Below, piece by piece: positions 1 to 11,094 of a stretch of DNA of 64,000 nucleotides. Made by a program: the position numbers and the translations under genes. Under the pieces are notes generated by a model. That model did not search any database. It had not been told where the DNA came from and saw nothing but the letters and a program-made list of their open reading frames with translations. Every line of letters starts with the position of its first letter. Position 1 is the first letter of the stretch. Source of the DNA: Stylophora pistillata (taxonomy: Eukaryota); the NCBI RefSeq assembly GCF_002571385.2, contig NW_019218096.1:200717-264716 (forward strand), given 5' to 3'.

Positions 1-584
1 TTAACCACGCTTCAGGGGATCCGTAAACTAAGGAATATTCGCCGCTTTCGACACGAGTGCGTTTACCACCCTCAAGTGAACTTATGTTACCAGCTTTTAG
101 CCCTAGCTCCCTCAAATGGGACACTTGGTCGTTCATAAGGCTTTCCCCAATGGTGAGACAACGACGACGATATGACCAGGCTCTTGTGAGGTAAGATCAA
201 ACACGAGTGGTAGTGCTTCATACAGGAGAGATTTCCCGAAACCAGTAGGAAGATTGACAAATACATCCTTTCTTTCCTCAACTATTTTCCTAACTCCAGT
301 TTTTTGCTGCTCATTTAAACTAGGAATTCAAAATGTATTACTAACAAAGTCAAACGCTTCTTCAAAGGACGCCATTTTGAAAGCTTTGAACTCGAAGATG
401 AAACAAATAATATGATTGGTTAGACTACTTTGGCGCGCACAGTTCTCAACAGATGTAACCCAAATGATGATTGGTTTAAGTAGGGGAAAGGAATGTTGTA
501 CGATTGTGAGCAGCCGTTTGTGGGGAGAAGCGTTGCGTGACGAGACTAAAAACGGCTGCGAGGGAGACTAGTAAGACGGGCATA

Positions 585-3205
585 TACTGGAAAATTTCTT
601 TCTAGGAATTCGATTCTAGGAATCAGTTCATAACAGTTAAAATTGGTTCTGTTGCTTCTACGAATTTGTATGCATTGTTTAACCCGTTTTAAACCTGAAA
701 AGGTAAATTCTTGAAGAGCTTAATTATTCGTGAAAGAAATAATTGTGATCATACCACTGGAATAAAAACACCAACTTTTCCTTTACATCTTTCGACATTC
801 TAAACAAGAAAGAAGTCCTATAAAGGTTTCAGTTAGACGAGATTGACGAGTCTCATCTTGAGAACTTTCTTTATTGACGAAGAAAGTCCTTTGGTTAGTG
901 GTTAAAGTAGTGCCATATATCTTAATTGCACACGAATTTGTGAGTTGAACGTCATCATCCGATTTGGTCCACCTGTTATAAACAAAAGTTCAGCAGAGTT
1001 TTTTAGCGTAAAATGCTTTCTGAGAACAAAAGAAAGAAGAACTCATGCTACATCAGCTGCAGAAATTTGAGTGTTTATTATACAAGGATATCACCGAAAA
1101 TGTAGTAAATACAAAATTAAGCAAGCAATTTTATTTCCTCCGCCGATTTAGAATTTAATGATTGAAGTTCTTTCTTTCACTCAAACGAATCTCAATAGAG
1201 GCTATATTTTACAAACGAAACACTCTTTCAACCTTCATGATCGCTTTTGTTATTCCAGTAATGGTCAATAGAAACTGGCACAAGCTTAAAATCCAGCTGA
1301 AGTATGATAAAGCAACGTCTCTGTAAACCTGGTATTTGATGAGGTTTTGCTCCGCAACTCAGCTGGGCCTCGTATTAACCGGTAAGCCGCCTGAAGAGGT
1401 TTCGCTACACCTATTATTCACTGCAGGGCATTCAATTAATTTTCATTCAAGTTTGCACGTTTGAGCCAATCAGATCTATCTCTTGACACACACAAGCTTT
1501 GTTTACTGGTTCACCTTTTGTAATTCTCTATAACTGGAAACAGGGACTTTCCCTTTTGTAAACATTGGTTCACTGTTTGTATTTATGTCTTGGAAACAGC
1601 AAGTCAGGGTCTGTTGGCGTTTCGAGGAACAAAGCCGCCTTGTAACTGAATGTCTGAAATAAAGTTCCTGCTCGCTCATGCTTTAATTTGCCTAAATCCA
1701 GCTGTCGTTACCACTTTTCAAACCCACTTTGTTTAAGAATAAGTAATAAAAAATACTCCTCTAATCGAATGCGCTGACAATCCTGTGTTTCTGTGGAAGT
1801 CTTGTAAAACAGCCTTCAAAGTTATAGACTGAGCACGTGATGTTCGCGACATTCCTGGGCTCTCATCCGTTAATTTGTCTTAATGCGGTAAAAGGGGGTT
1901 TTCCCTAATAAAGAGGGCACTGAAAACACCCAGTTGTTTTTGCTCAAGGTTAGCTTTTCATTTTAACAGTTTTCCTTAAATGATGATTATTGAAAAATTA
2001 ATGAAAAGAGATAGAGTCTGCAGGATAGTTTGCATCTGGAAATTACAGCTTCAACGATGAAATGCTGTAATCTGCTTTAAGTGAAGCGATTTAAAACCAA
2101 GGGTTGTTTACCCCAGCCAGACGTGCAAAATTTGATTTCATTCTAGCCCCATGATTGCATTATCAAATAATAGGCTAAAAAAAACAAAAACAGAACACTG
2201 ACATGTATACGCTAGGATTTTATTTTACTTGAAAAAGGTTGCAATGACTCTACTCAAGGGAAATGCTGATAAGCATGAGGTTCGCTGTTTGTATTTTTTT
2301 CAGTGATACTCCTCGCTGTGTTGTATAATGTTACTGTCTTGCTTTGTTTTTCTGGTTTGTTCTCCGACAAATTGCTGCTACACATACTCAGCCTTTTAAC
2401 TTAGGGCAAAATGAAGCCTTTTAAGTTGCAAAATATAAGGTTACGGTGAGTGATTTTACCAAATCGTGTTACAGTTAATTCGTTACTTAGGCACTTTAAG
2501 CCTTTCTTTACTGCTGTCTATTAATGTAATGTTATTTACTGATGTTAACTAACCGCATTAAATAAAGGTGTGGTTAAATAACCAAAGAAATGTTTACCGT
2601 AATAAAAGACAAAAAACATTTTACAAGTTTGATTCTCTAAGAAAACGCTACTCCAAAGTCATAAGACACGAATCCTCTATAACGGAGATAAAAATGACAT
2701 CATTAGATTTGTCCGTCTTGTTTGGACATTCAAGGATGCAATGGAAAATACATTCAGTCTGATTAAATCATTTCAATTGCTACAAACTGAAAGAGGCAAA
2801 CTATAACTTTACTGAGAACTGAAAACTCAGAATCTACTGACGGTTGTTTTACAGCTACAGAAAAATTTCAAGCGATCAAAGCCTGAGTTGACAAATGCAA
2901 GGGATGAAAGATCGAAATCTATGGCCGCTGTGAAAGGGAAAGCAATGAACACTAAACGTTTAAGTCAACTTGTCATCATTCGTATCCGCTCCGGTTCTCT
3001 AGATCTTTGAAAATGCTAACACTCCAAAGAATAACTTAGTTGAGGGGTATACAAGATCAAATTTATGCATTTCAATACTACAACTATTGTTGTAAAACTG
3101 TCGAGCTACCGATAATACGATTACGATTACAATGACGACACTATGTACCTTCCTTAGTTACTACTAAAAGTTCAACACTAATAAGGGCAACAACATATAA
3201 ATCAA
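585..3205. repeat. Non-coding segmental duplication, copy A (paralog of ~32975-38325)
   Basis: Colinear blocks match copy B, e.g. 745-1035 with 33430-33724, 1048-1275 with 34270-34470 and 1268-3200 with 36317-38323. Confidence 0.9.
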
Positions 3206-3230
3206 TTATTNNNNNNNNNNNNNNNNNNNN

Positions 3231-3415
3231 NGAGTGTAGGAGTGTCGAACTATCCGAGAAGACTAGAATATCTATCCATTTCTTGATTATAGAAAGGTAG
3301 CAAATTCTCCTCCTTATTTTAAGACCATGAGTATCGGTCCGGCCGGGGCTCGAACCCTGGACCTCCCGCACAACACAATCCGGCGCTCTAACCAACTGAG
3401 CAAACCGGGAGGCGG
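3231..3415 (-). mobile_element. tRNA-derived SINE, 5' part (abuts an assembly gap)
   Basis: Reverse complement reads GCCTCCCGGTTTGCTCAGTTGGTTAGAGCG...GGTTCGAGCCCCGGCCGGACC (A and B boxes). Same family as the copies at 34470 and 63066. Confidence 0.85.
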
Positions 3416-3562
3416 TTAAATTCTATCTGGCAAACATATCAATTATACATTGGCTTTGGGGCGTTTAACATGTAATTATCTATGTACGTGGTATTCATCT
3501 GATCATAAATAGTTATTTCAATGCTAAATTGTAGAGAGAACGCCAAAGAATAGAACAACCTC

Positions 3563-4480
3563 TTGCCCGAAGAAGAAAAGCAGCAAGATAAAGGAGATTT
3601 AAAAGTGCTTCAAGAAAAAACAGAGAAGATGAATACTAACGCGAAAGAGACTGCTGAGAGTCTTCGTGCAGCTGCTAAGAAACTAGATGACGTGTGGAGG
3701 GACTGCAAGACAGCACATGCGGTTGGAACCAGCGTTGGAATAGTGGGAGGGATTCTCTCAATCGGTGGAGGAATTGCAGCGATACTGACAGCTGGGGTTG
3801 CTACTCCTTTGTCCATAGCAGGATTGTGTGTTGGGGGCGCTGGAGCCACTACAAACCTTGGGACAGCCATCGTTGAAGGTCTGATAAATTCTGCTGAAAT
3901 AAAAAAGGCCGAGAAACACTTAGATGAGACCATAGAGAGTGTAAATGAGGTAAACAGGATCGTCCAGACAGTTTTGATAGCGAAAGAAAGAGTAAGGCTT
4001 ATCTATATTTATTACCTTGCCAAATCCCTCAAATTGGGAAGCCCTGTGGTCATGATGATCCTTCGTGAGCTTGTGTTTTTCTCCTCGGGAACACCTACTA
4101 AAATGGCAGTCCAAGTAGCACAAAAGGTAATGGCCTGTGCACAGGCAGCGAGTCAAGCCGGTGCAAAAGCTGCAACCCAAAGCGGTGCACAAGGGGCAGG
4201 AAAGGCGGCTGCGCAATCTGTTGACGATGTGGTACAAGCAACTCGTCAGGCTGGAGCACAAGCGGCTGATGACGTAGTCCAAGCAAGGGCTAGAGCTGGC
4301 TCTGAGGCGGTCGGTGAAGTTGTCGGTAAAGTTGTCATCGTGGTCAATGTTGCATTTGTGGTTTGGGATGCCATAGACCTGGGCTTTACAATCAGGGATC
4401 TCATTGAAAACAAGGGATCTGAAGCTGCAACATTTCTGAGACAAAAGGGAGACGACCTCGAGAATGCCTTGAAGGAGTAA
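3563..4480 (+). CDS. Apolipoprotein L-like protein (ApoL locus 1). True start uncertain: first ATG at 3629, or spliced from upstream.
   Basis: LRAAAKKLDDVWRDCK followed by a Gly-rich hydrophobic hairpin (GTSVGIVGGILSIGGGIAAILTAGVATPLSIAGLCVGGAGATT) and C-terminal VAFVVWDAIDL...GSEAATFLRQK. This is ApoL family architecture. An in-frame TAG lies at 3551. Confidence 0.85.
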   Translation: MPEEEKQQDKGDLKVLQEKTEKMNTNAKETAESLRAAAKKLDDVWRDCKTAHAVGTSVGIVGGILSIGGGIAAILTAGVATPLSIAGLCVGGAGATTNLGTAIVEGLINSAEIKKAEKHLDETIESVNEVNRIVQTVLIAKERVRLIYIYYLAKSLKLGSPVVMMILRELVFFSSGTPTKMAVQVAQKVMACAQAASQAGAKAATQSGAQGAGKAAAQSVDDVVQATRQAGAQAADDVVQARARAGSEAVGEVVGKVVIVVNVAFVVWDAIDLGFTIRDLIENKGSEAATFLRQKGDDLENALKE

Positions 4481-5012
4481 AAATCATAGAGTCCAAACCT
4501 ATTTTATATTAAAAAATATTTATCTACGTTGACGTTAAGATTTTCAAGAAAAAGTTATAATTTTTATTAATTCGTTTTTTTTGACCATTTTTATGAGCAA
4601 ATTACATGTTATGACTACTAAAACAACATCTAGACAACTTCTCTCCTTTGTGTGACCTCTTTTAAATTCCATAGAATAATGAGAAGGATGTTCTGTTTTA
4701 ATTCGTTGTATGCAGTGGAGAGGAAGTTATAAAATGAATACAGAGGGATCATCTTCTGAGGTCTGTTGCATCTGCGCTTAATTTCAAGTGAGAGCTGTGT
4801 AATAACTGCATTTCGATGAGGAACAAACAAAAAGCCTATCGGGATAATGAGGAATTGGGGCTTAGATTCATAGGATAGCGGAGCTCGCAGCGCGCGCAGC
4901 GAAGCCCCATAAGTATACAAAATGGTAGCTGTAACCCATCAAGACGAAAAATTTTTGACTGATGACCCTACGGGAGTCCGTACAAGGTGCTACTTTTAGC
5001 ATGCGCGTTTAA

Positions 5013-6493
5013 GGAGGCTGGATATAGTTTTTCACTTTTCTGATGCAAGATATTTAAACTAAAATTACGAAGCATAGCTTTAACGAATCGCGATCACATT
5101 TTCCCCCGAAATAAAGATATTATTGAAGAATCACTTTGTTGTAAGTATATTGAAAAATTCGTTGCCATGGCAACGTTGCTGGCTTGCAATGCTGGCTCCA
5201 AAATTAGACTTGACTTGAATTTTCTTAAAAACTGGACGGTGAATTTATTTTAGATTTTGCATGCGTCCTTTGGCTGTTTTTATCTGCTTGACTGTTAAGT
5301 CTAAAAAAATTCTGTCAGAAAGTTTAAGGAAAAGAGGCCTTTTTTAGAATTCATCGTTAACTTTTTTCCCTCCGACAGAATTTTTTCGAACTTTTGTAAA
5401 ACACGCACAGAGCTGTTCAAAGTTAACGTGCAAAAATTAAAAAAAAATTCACCGAGCGGAAATAGAAATACGTAACTCTAAAGTTTCAAATTTCCGTCAT
5501 CGTTAAGTCATCGTAACACAGACCGCTTTCTGCAATTTTCTGAATGATGTTTTCTTTGACGAGGAGCCCGTTATCGCCCTGTGAATAGAGCTTGTCTTTG
5601 AAAGTTTACATGCGTTCGTGGTGTCCGTCAAGAAAGTCCATGTCTACGAAAGCGAAGGAGGCGGATTTCACATGCTGTTGTTTACAATGTCAGCGCTTGT
5701 TAGCTGCAACGGGGATTGAAAGAGGACACAGTGGAGGGCACGTACATCTTCCAAAGCATCGTGTGCGTTGAAATCTTCATAAAAAACAGCTTGATACACA
5801 GAAGGGAGATTGCTTTTACATGGTTTTCCGTCAGGATTGAGAAGAGCGTTACCACCTTTAGCGAGTGTTTTGATGAGTGTAAGGCTATCGGCGAAAAACA
5901 CTTTCTTCGACGATAATGTTTCTTTATTTGAATTTCCAGCACATCGTAGGAGTGTAGGAGTGTCGAACACAGAAGAATTATGGCCAATTAAACGATGTGA
6001 CAATGCGTACTGCTGGAAAGGAAAGTGGTAATAGATTGAAGACATTCGCTTAGGAGTGTACTGGAACATTCTCTTTGAGCAAAGTTCTCTCACCATTCAC
6101 AGTTTTGAAAGTGACTTGTTTACACGAGAAGCGTAGCTGCTGATATTGCATGTAGGTAGCACCTATTTAGTGTTCCGGAAACCAGCCACGATATGGGTAA
6201 ATAGCTCCGACGATCGCGATCGTGTTTGCGGCCGGATTCACGCGTATTTTGGTCACTTGAGAATGTTGCAGCTTTCCGTTTTTTAAACACACTACTGATA
6301 AAGATAGAAGAAAGTGTAGGTAGCCTACCTAGAAGCGTAAAACATAGTCTACTGGGCAGATGAAAAAATGATTCTGGCCCAAGCGCAGCGGCCATGTTTG
6401 TTTGTTTGTGTTTTTTTTTTTTTGCAACTTTTCAAAGTCCCGGGTAAATTAGAACCCAGTCTGCGCGCGCCAAACAAACTATATTCAGCCTCC
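5013..6493 (-). mobile_element. Kolobok-type DNA transposon derivative carrying a DEDDh exonuclease fragment
   Basis: TTAA flanks at 5009-5012 and 6494-6497; TIR GGAGGCTGGATATAGTTT / AAACTATATTCAGCCTCC; RR termini. Confidence 0.75.
5668..6030 (-). pseudogene. DEDDh 3'-5' exonuclease domain fragment (PML-C/exuperantia-like)
   Basis: LIGHNSSVFDTPTL (ExoII), FADSL, and FNAHDALEDVRAL (ExoIII H-x4-D). The ExoI motif is missing. Confidence 0.7.
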
Positions 6494-6920
6494 TTAACTC
6501 TACCGCGAATATGCCAATGCTTTGTGCAGTGGTCCAGTGGTCAGTGCACCGGGCTCCGATTAGGACGACCTAGGTTCATATCCTGGTCGGGGTAAGGCGT
6601 TGTTTTGTTTTTCGTTTTTGTGTCTTTTTTTTTTTTCTTTAATAAATTTATTTCAAGCATTTTCTTACGTTTACATACAAAATAAAAATTAAGAAAAAAA
6701 TAGGAAGATAATAAAAAAAGAGAAAAAGACACACACACACATACACACCCTTATATAGTACAAACAGAAGAATACTAAGCTAAAACACACACACAAAGCT
6801 ATTACAGCAATGCAGATAACCCAGTATAATTGTAAGGCAAGGCGTTGTGCCCTTAAGACGTGCGGGAAAAAAAATGTGAGCTCCGCTTTTGGGCTTGGCT
6901 AAATCTATATATTACCTTAA

Positions 6921-7124
6921 CCCTTTTAGCTACCATGGGTGACCAAGACAGAATTTCTCTTTACAATATTGACACAATATCAAACAGACAAGTAATGAAA
7001 ATAAAGAAAAATATCCAAAAGAGGATTATTAGTTGATTCAATTCCAAATTGTATGAATTAACACTGTGACATTGTAAGGCAGACAGTAAGGAGAATTAAT
7101 ATTGAGATCTTAGGAGTGGTAGGG
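6921..7124. mobile_element. TTAA-CCCTT type MITE (piggyBac-like ends)
   Basis: ttaa|CCCTTT...AGGG|ttta; related copy at 56701-56901. Confidence 0.7.
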
Positions 7125-8620
7125 TTTATACCCAAACACAAAGACCCTTGCAAGGAACTTAGGGAACAACTCTAAGTTAATTACTGAAAATATGTTTTCT
7201 TTTTTCAGGTATTGTCTCTCCTTGCAGTGATGCTGAGTGTAAAGTCCTTTAAAAAGCTTTGTTATACTTCGGCAAAGAGTCTTAGACTATTTCGCGAGAC
7301 AGTTTAATGGATTCCATGATTAATGGTGGATGTGGCAGGCATCCGCGCTGGGGGTAGGCCCCACCTAATTTTATACCCAGATCCTACCGTGTAACTGCAA
7401 CTTGGCCGTGGAAGGTCTGGGCACGAGACCAATCCTCAACTCGTTCACCATTGAGAATTATAATCATGCGGTCAGAAAATAGTTGTCTTATCTCGCCTGC
7501 CGAATTCCTCCCTATCCGTAATCCTTCTTTTTGTTTTGTTGGCAAAAGCGTTTTTAAGGGTCCTTACCTTCTATGCAACGTTAACAACCTGGTTTCCCTG
7601 CTGCCAGTCAGTTGCAACCTGCATGCTAAGCAGCCCATGATTTGTTACGAAACGTTTTTTGGTTTTGAGCACCGGAAACGTCTTAGACTTATAATAGAGA
7701 AGCGACCTTTAAACCATTTAAATGGTAGGCGATGGAGGAAATAGGTTGTGTTCTAATGTTGCTCTTCCTTTGTTATGATAGATGTACAAATCCGCCAATC
7801 TTCGGGGCTCAGTGACGCATATGGTTAGATCATTGACTTAAGATGTGGGGTGGGAAAAGGGGGCGGTGAAACTTGGCGAGCGGGCTGGTATGCGTTCATT
7901 TTCCTTGTTTTTTTTTTATGTGTCTTTAGTTTGATGTTTATAAAGTAACGATTTTTTTGGTATCTTACTCTCGTTGTGCGTTGTGGGTATTGAGTGAAAA
8001 GGCTTTTCCTTTCACATCATTTCATTCTTACGTCTTTGCCCTTATTGATGGTATCCGCCCCCTGAAAAAGTGGAACAATAAAGTACGGTTAAACAATTGG
8101 ACTCTGACAAAAAAATTTTAATGCAGACGGCTACTGTTCGTATTTGTAAATTATAATTTACAAAGTTATACAGTATTTGCTGCAGTATTTGTTGTTAAAA
8201 CTGCAGTATACATATTAATGAACGAACTTGACTTCAGAGAAAACTTGATTAAGATGTTTTGTTACAAAATTTTACTTTTATGAGTAATTACTGATATTTT
8301 TGTCTTATTTGACTCCTGAAAGCCTATTAGTCTTCCCTGAGCTGGTTACTTCTCTTAGCTACTACCGGAATATGCTACACCTTGTCAAAGCTTGATACGC
8401 TAGCTCTTCAAAATTAGCCACGGTAGATGACACGGTTTATCACAGCCATTATCAACTTCTTCCATGATAAACTTTTATGTTAGCACAACATCATTACAAG
8501 ATGGCAAACCGAGAGTAAATCGTTTTCTGCATTAAAGTTTAGTGTTCATTCAAAATCTTAGTTGCTTTGTATTATGAATTGATAACTTTTCAGTTGTTTA
8601 CGAGATCAGTTCAAAAAAGT

Positions 8621-9550
8621 TCAAACCATTTCTCCCTGTTCTAACTTGTTTAAAATGTCCTCAAGCTTCTTTGCCTTTTTTATCAAATCTTTGGCAGCGT
8701 CGGATCCCTTGTTTTGCCAAAGTTCATCGATTGTGCAGCTGAGATTGACAACATCCCACAACAAAAACACAGCACTGACTCCTATGATCACCTGACCAGC
8801 AACCTTGCTTCCTGCTTTCATTCCAGTATTCAGGACGTCATCTGCAGTTCCTGCACCTACCTTCCCAGCTGCTTCCATGCCAGCCTTGCCAGCAGATCCT
8901 GCACCAGCCTTTCCAGCCTCTTCTCCAAGAGCCTTTACTGCTGCTCCTGCACAGGCCTGCCCTCTGTTCGAAAGTACCTTCGCGGCCTGAACCAGCCCAA
9001 CAACGACTTTTAACACAGGAGTGTTCCACTTTCTATCCTTTGCCAGCTTTTGAATACAGAGAAACCATGAAAGCTTTTCTTTCTTCAAGCAGTCTTCAAT
9101 AATCTCCTTCACATCCTTTATGCCTTCTTTTGCCTCTTTTAAGTCTGTTTTGGCTTTTTCGACTTCTTTGGATTTGATTACTGCTTCCATGATGCTACCG
9201 GTAACGTTTGCACTCGCTCCAGCAACGCCAACGGCCACCCCTGAGAATAACAGGGGCGAGGCAATCCCCGCCGACATAATTGTTGCAATCCCTCCAGCAA
9301 TGGTGAAGACGCTCCCGAATATGGCGATGGAGGTTCCACTAGCACGCAATACCCTGCTGTCACGCCAGACTTGTTCGATTTTATCAGCCGCTCCATGGAG
9401 ACTTTCAATGGCTTTCTTCAGTTTGGAAAACATATCTTCTGTTTTTTGTTTTAATTGTTCGGCAATTTGTATATCCTGCAAGGACTGATCTTCGGTAAGG
9501 TCATCAATATCTTCGAGCGCATTTTCCAAAACCCTTAGCATGTCTGCCAT
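8621..9550 (-). CDS. Apolipoprotein L-like protein (ApoL locus 2), convergent with locus 1
   Basis: Intact ORF from ATG 9550 (MADMLRV), just after a tttgcag acceptor. Contains AADKIEQVWRDSR, a hydrophobic hairpin, and SAVFLLWDVVNL...GSDAAKDL. Confidence 0.88.
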   Translation of the reverse strand: MADMLRVLENALEDIDDLTEDQSLQDIQIAEQLKQKTEDMFSKLKKAIESLHGAADKIEQVWRDSRVLRASGTSIAIFGSVFTIAGGIATIMSAGIASPLLFSGVAVGVAGASANVTGSIMEAVIKSKEVEKAKTDLKEAKEGIKDVKEIIEDCLKKEKLSWFLCIQKLAKDRKWNTPVLKVVVGLVQAAKVLSNRGQACAGAAVKALGEEAGKAGAGSAGKAGMEAAGKVGAGTADDVLNTGMKAGSKVAGQVIIGVSAVFLLWDVVNLSCTIDELWQNKGSDAAKDLIKKAKKLEDILNKLEQGEMV

Positions 9551-10397
9551 TCTTGTGTGTCTTTCCTGCAAAGTAGATATAGGCGAAGGAAATTAAAATT
9601 TCTGTTATATTAACTTATTAAAATACTAGTTCTTTGAAAGATCGATATAAATTTGTTTTGAACGTTGTTTTGATCCTTTTTTTATCATCCCCCCTCGTTA
9701 AAGAAAAGAACACCTAAAAAACAATTTATAAATTATATGTCACGTGGAGCTCCATTAGGCAAACTTGAAGTGTGACCTCCAGCAGCAGAAACAAAGAACA
9801 GGATTTTCTAGCAGGAAGCAGTTCAAGCTAATCAAAAACAGATCGCAGGATACAATCTCAAAGCCTGAACACCGCATGAACACAAAGACCAAATGTATTT
9901 TTTTGGAATCTGACATCTAGGAAAAAGTTCTTTATGAAAATGATGTTTCCAGAACGCTTAGCGTGTTAAGGGTTACTAAGCTCGTTGTTTGAAAGATTTT
10001 CCCTTAAAAACTTTTTCCCTTATAAACCTAAGAGAATTTACCTAAAACCTACTCCATCCATAAGATTAAATAGATTAAGTGAAAACGATGCCCAGGCAAT
10101 TTCTTGAACGCAGATCTGCTTGTTATGTATATTTACTCTTTTCTGAGAACTTTAATATATTTCCCTGGACGACAGGATTTTACAAATGAACCATTTGATT
10201 GATTCAGGTATATCATAATTTGTAGAGACGAACTATGAGAAATACTCTGAGTCCCTATGATTTCTTTCGTTTTATTCCCCCAAATCTCGAAGCGATGTTA
10301 GAACTTTAATATATGGAAAATGATCTATTAGCGCGTATATCGGACTTTTCACGTGTGAAGCGTATCAAGGCGATTTTCATTCAATTTTCACTGACAG

Positions 10398-10410
10398 GGT
10401 TTCACTTTCA
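10398..10410 (-). promoter_or_regulatory. ISRE/IRF-element-like motif upstream of ApoL locus 2
   Basis: GGTTTCACTTTCA (GAAAGTGAAA on the gene strand) matches the IRF consensus, ~850 bp upstream of the ATG. Motif match only. Confidence 0.35.
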
Positions 10411-11094
10411 AATGTTTTTCAAATTTTATAAATCCCCTCAGTCTCAAGACTCTTCATTTAGTCAGACTACCTACAAAAGATGACTGAGGAACTTCTGTGG
10501 AGGATTATGTGGAATAAAAAGCAGGCAGAATAAAAGCACAAAAGAAAACAAACAAACAAAAAAAAAGTGGCAAGCTTTGAAACGGTCCAAAGAACAGTTT
10601 TGCGACAAAAAGCAGCTGGAAATCAAACATGTATATTGAGGAGTTTGGCATCCCATTCGACGAATATACAGAGAAGATTGCGAACCTTCAAGATTAGGAA
10701 ACCTTGTTTTAAGTACCAACAGGTATTGCGTAGGGTATTTTTTTTTGACTTGTTGTCAGTAATGTTCCATTGTTCCTCTCGGCAAGAAAATTTGTATGGT
10801 TTGCATCTTTCATGATCGACTCATGAGATTTTGATTTGAACCGGTCTAACAATAAATTGTCATTTAACAAGCATTAAATAATGGTTTAATTGGTATCAGA
10901 AATCTCACTGGTTCGCTGCACTCATTCGTTCGATCTCCGATACTACCAACTCGTGCGTTAATGCCATACGGACAGACTTTCCATGAAGCTATTCTTTTAA
11001 AGTAATATTTTTCCTCCATTTCTGGAAATTGACTCGTGGATATCAACCAACGTAAGATGGGCAAATATTTTGAATTTTTGCGGTTATATCTCCG

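Larger units (their letters stand above)
4862..6908. mobile_element. Non-autonomous element with subterminal inverted repeats (Helentron/DINE-like), hosting nested insertions
   Basis: GCGGAGCTC at 4878-4886 and GAGCTCCGC at 6878-6886; TAGATT/AATCTA ends; tRNA-like segment at ~6520-6595. Confidence 0.55.

Noticed and set aside
3610-4444. Antisense ORFs overlapping the ApoL genes (also 8714-9488)
   Set aside because: Shadow frames of Ala/Gly-rich coding sequence.
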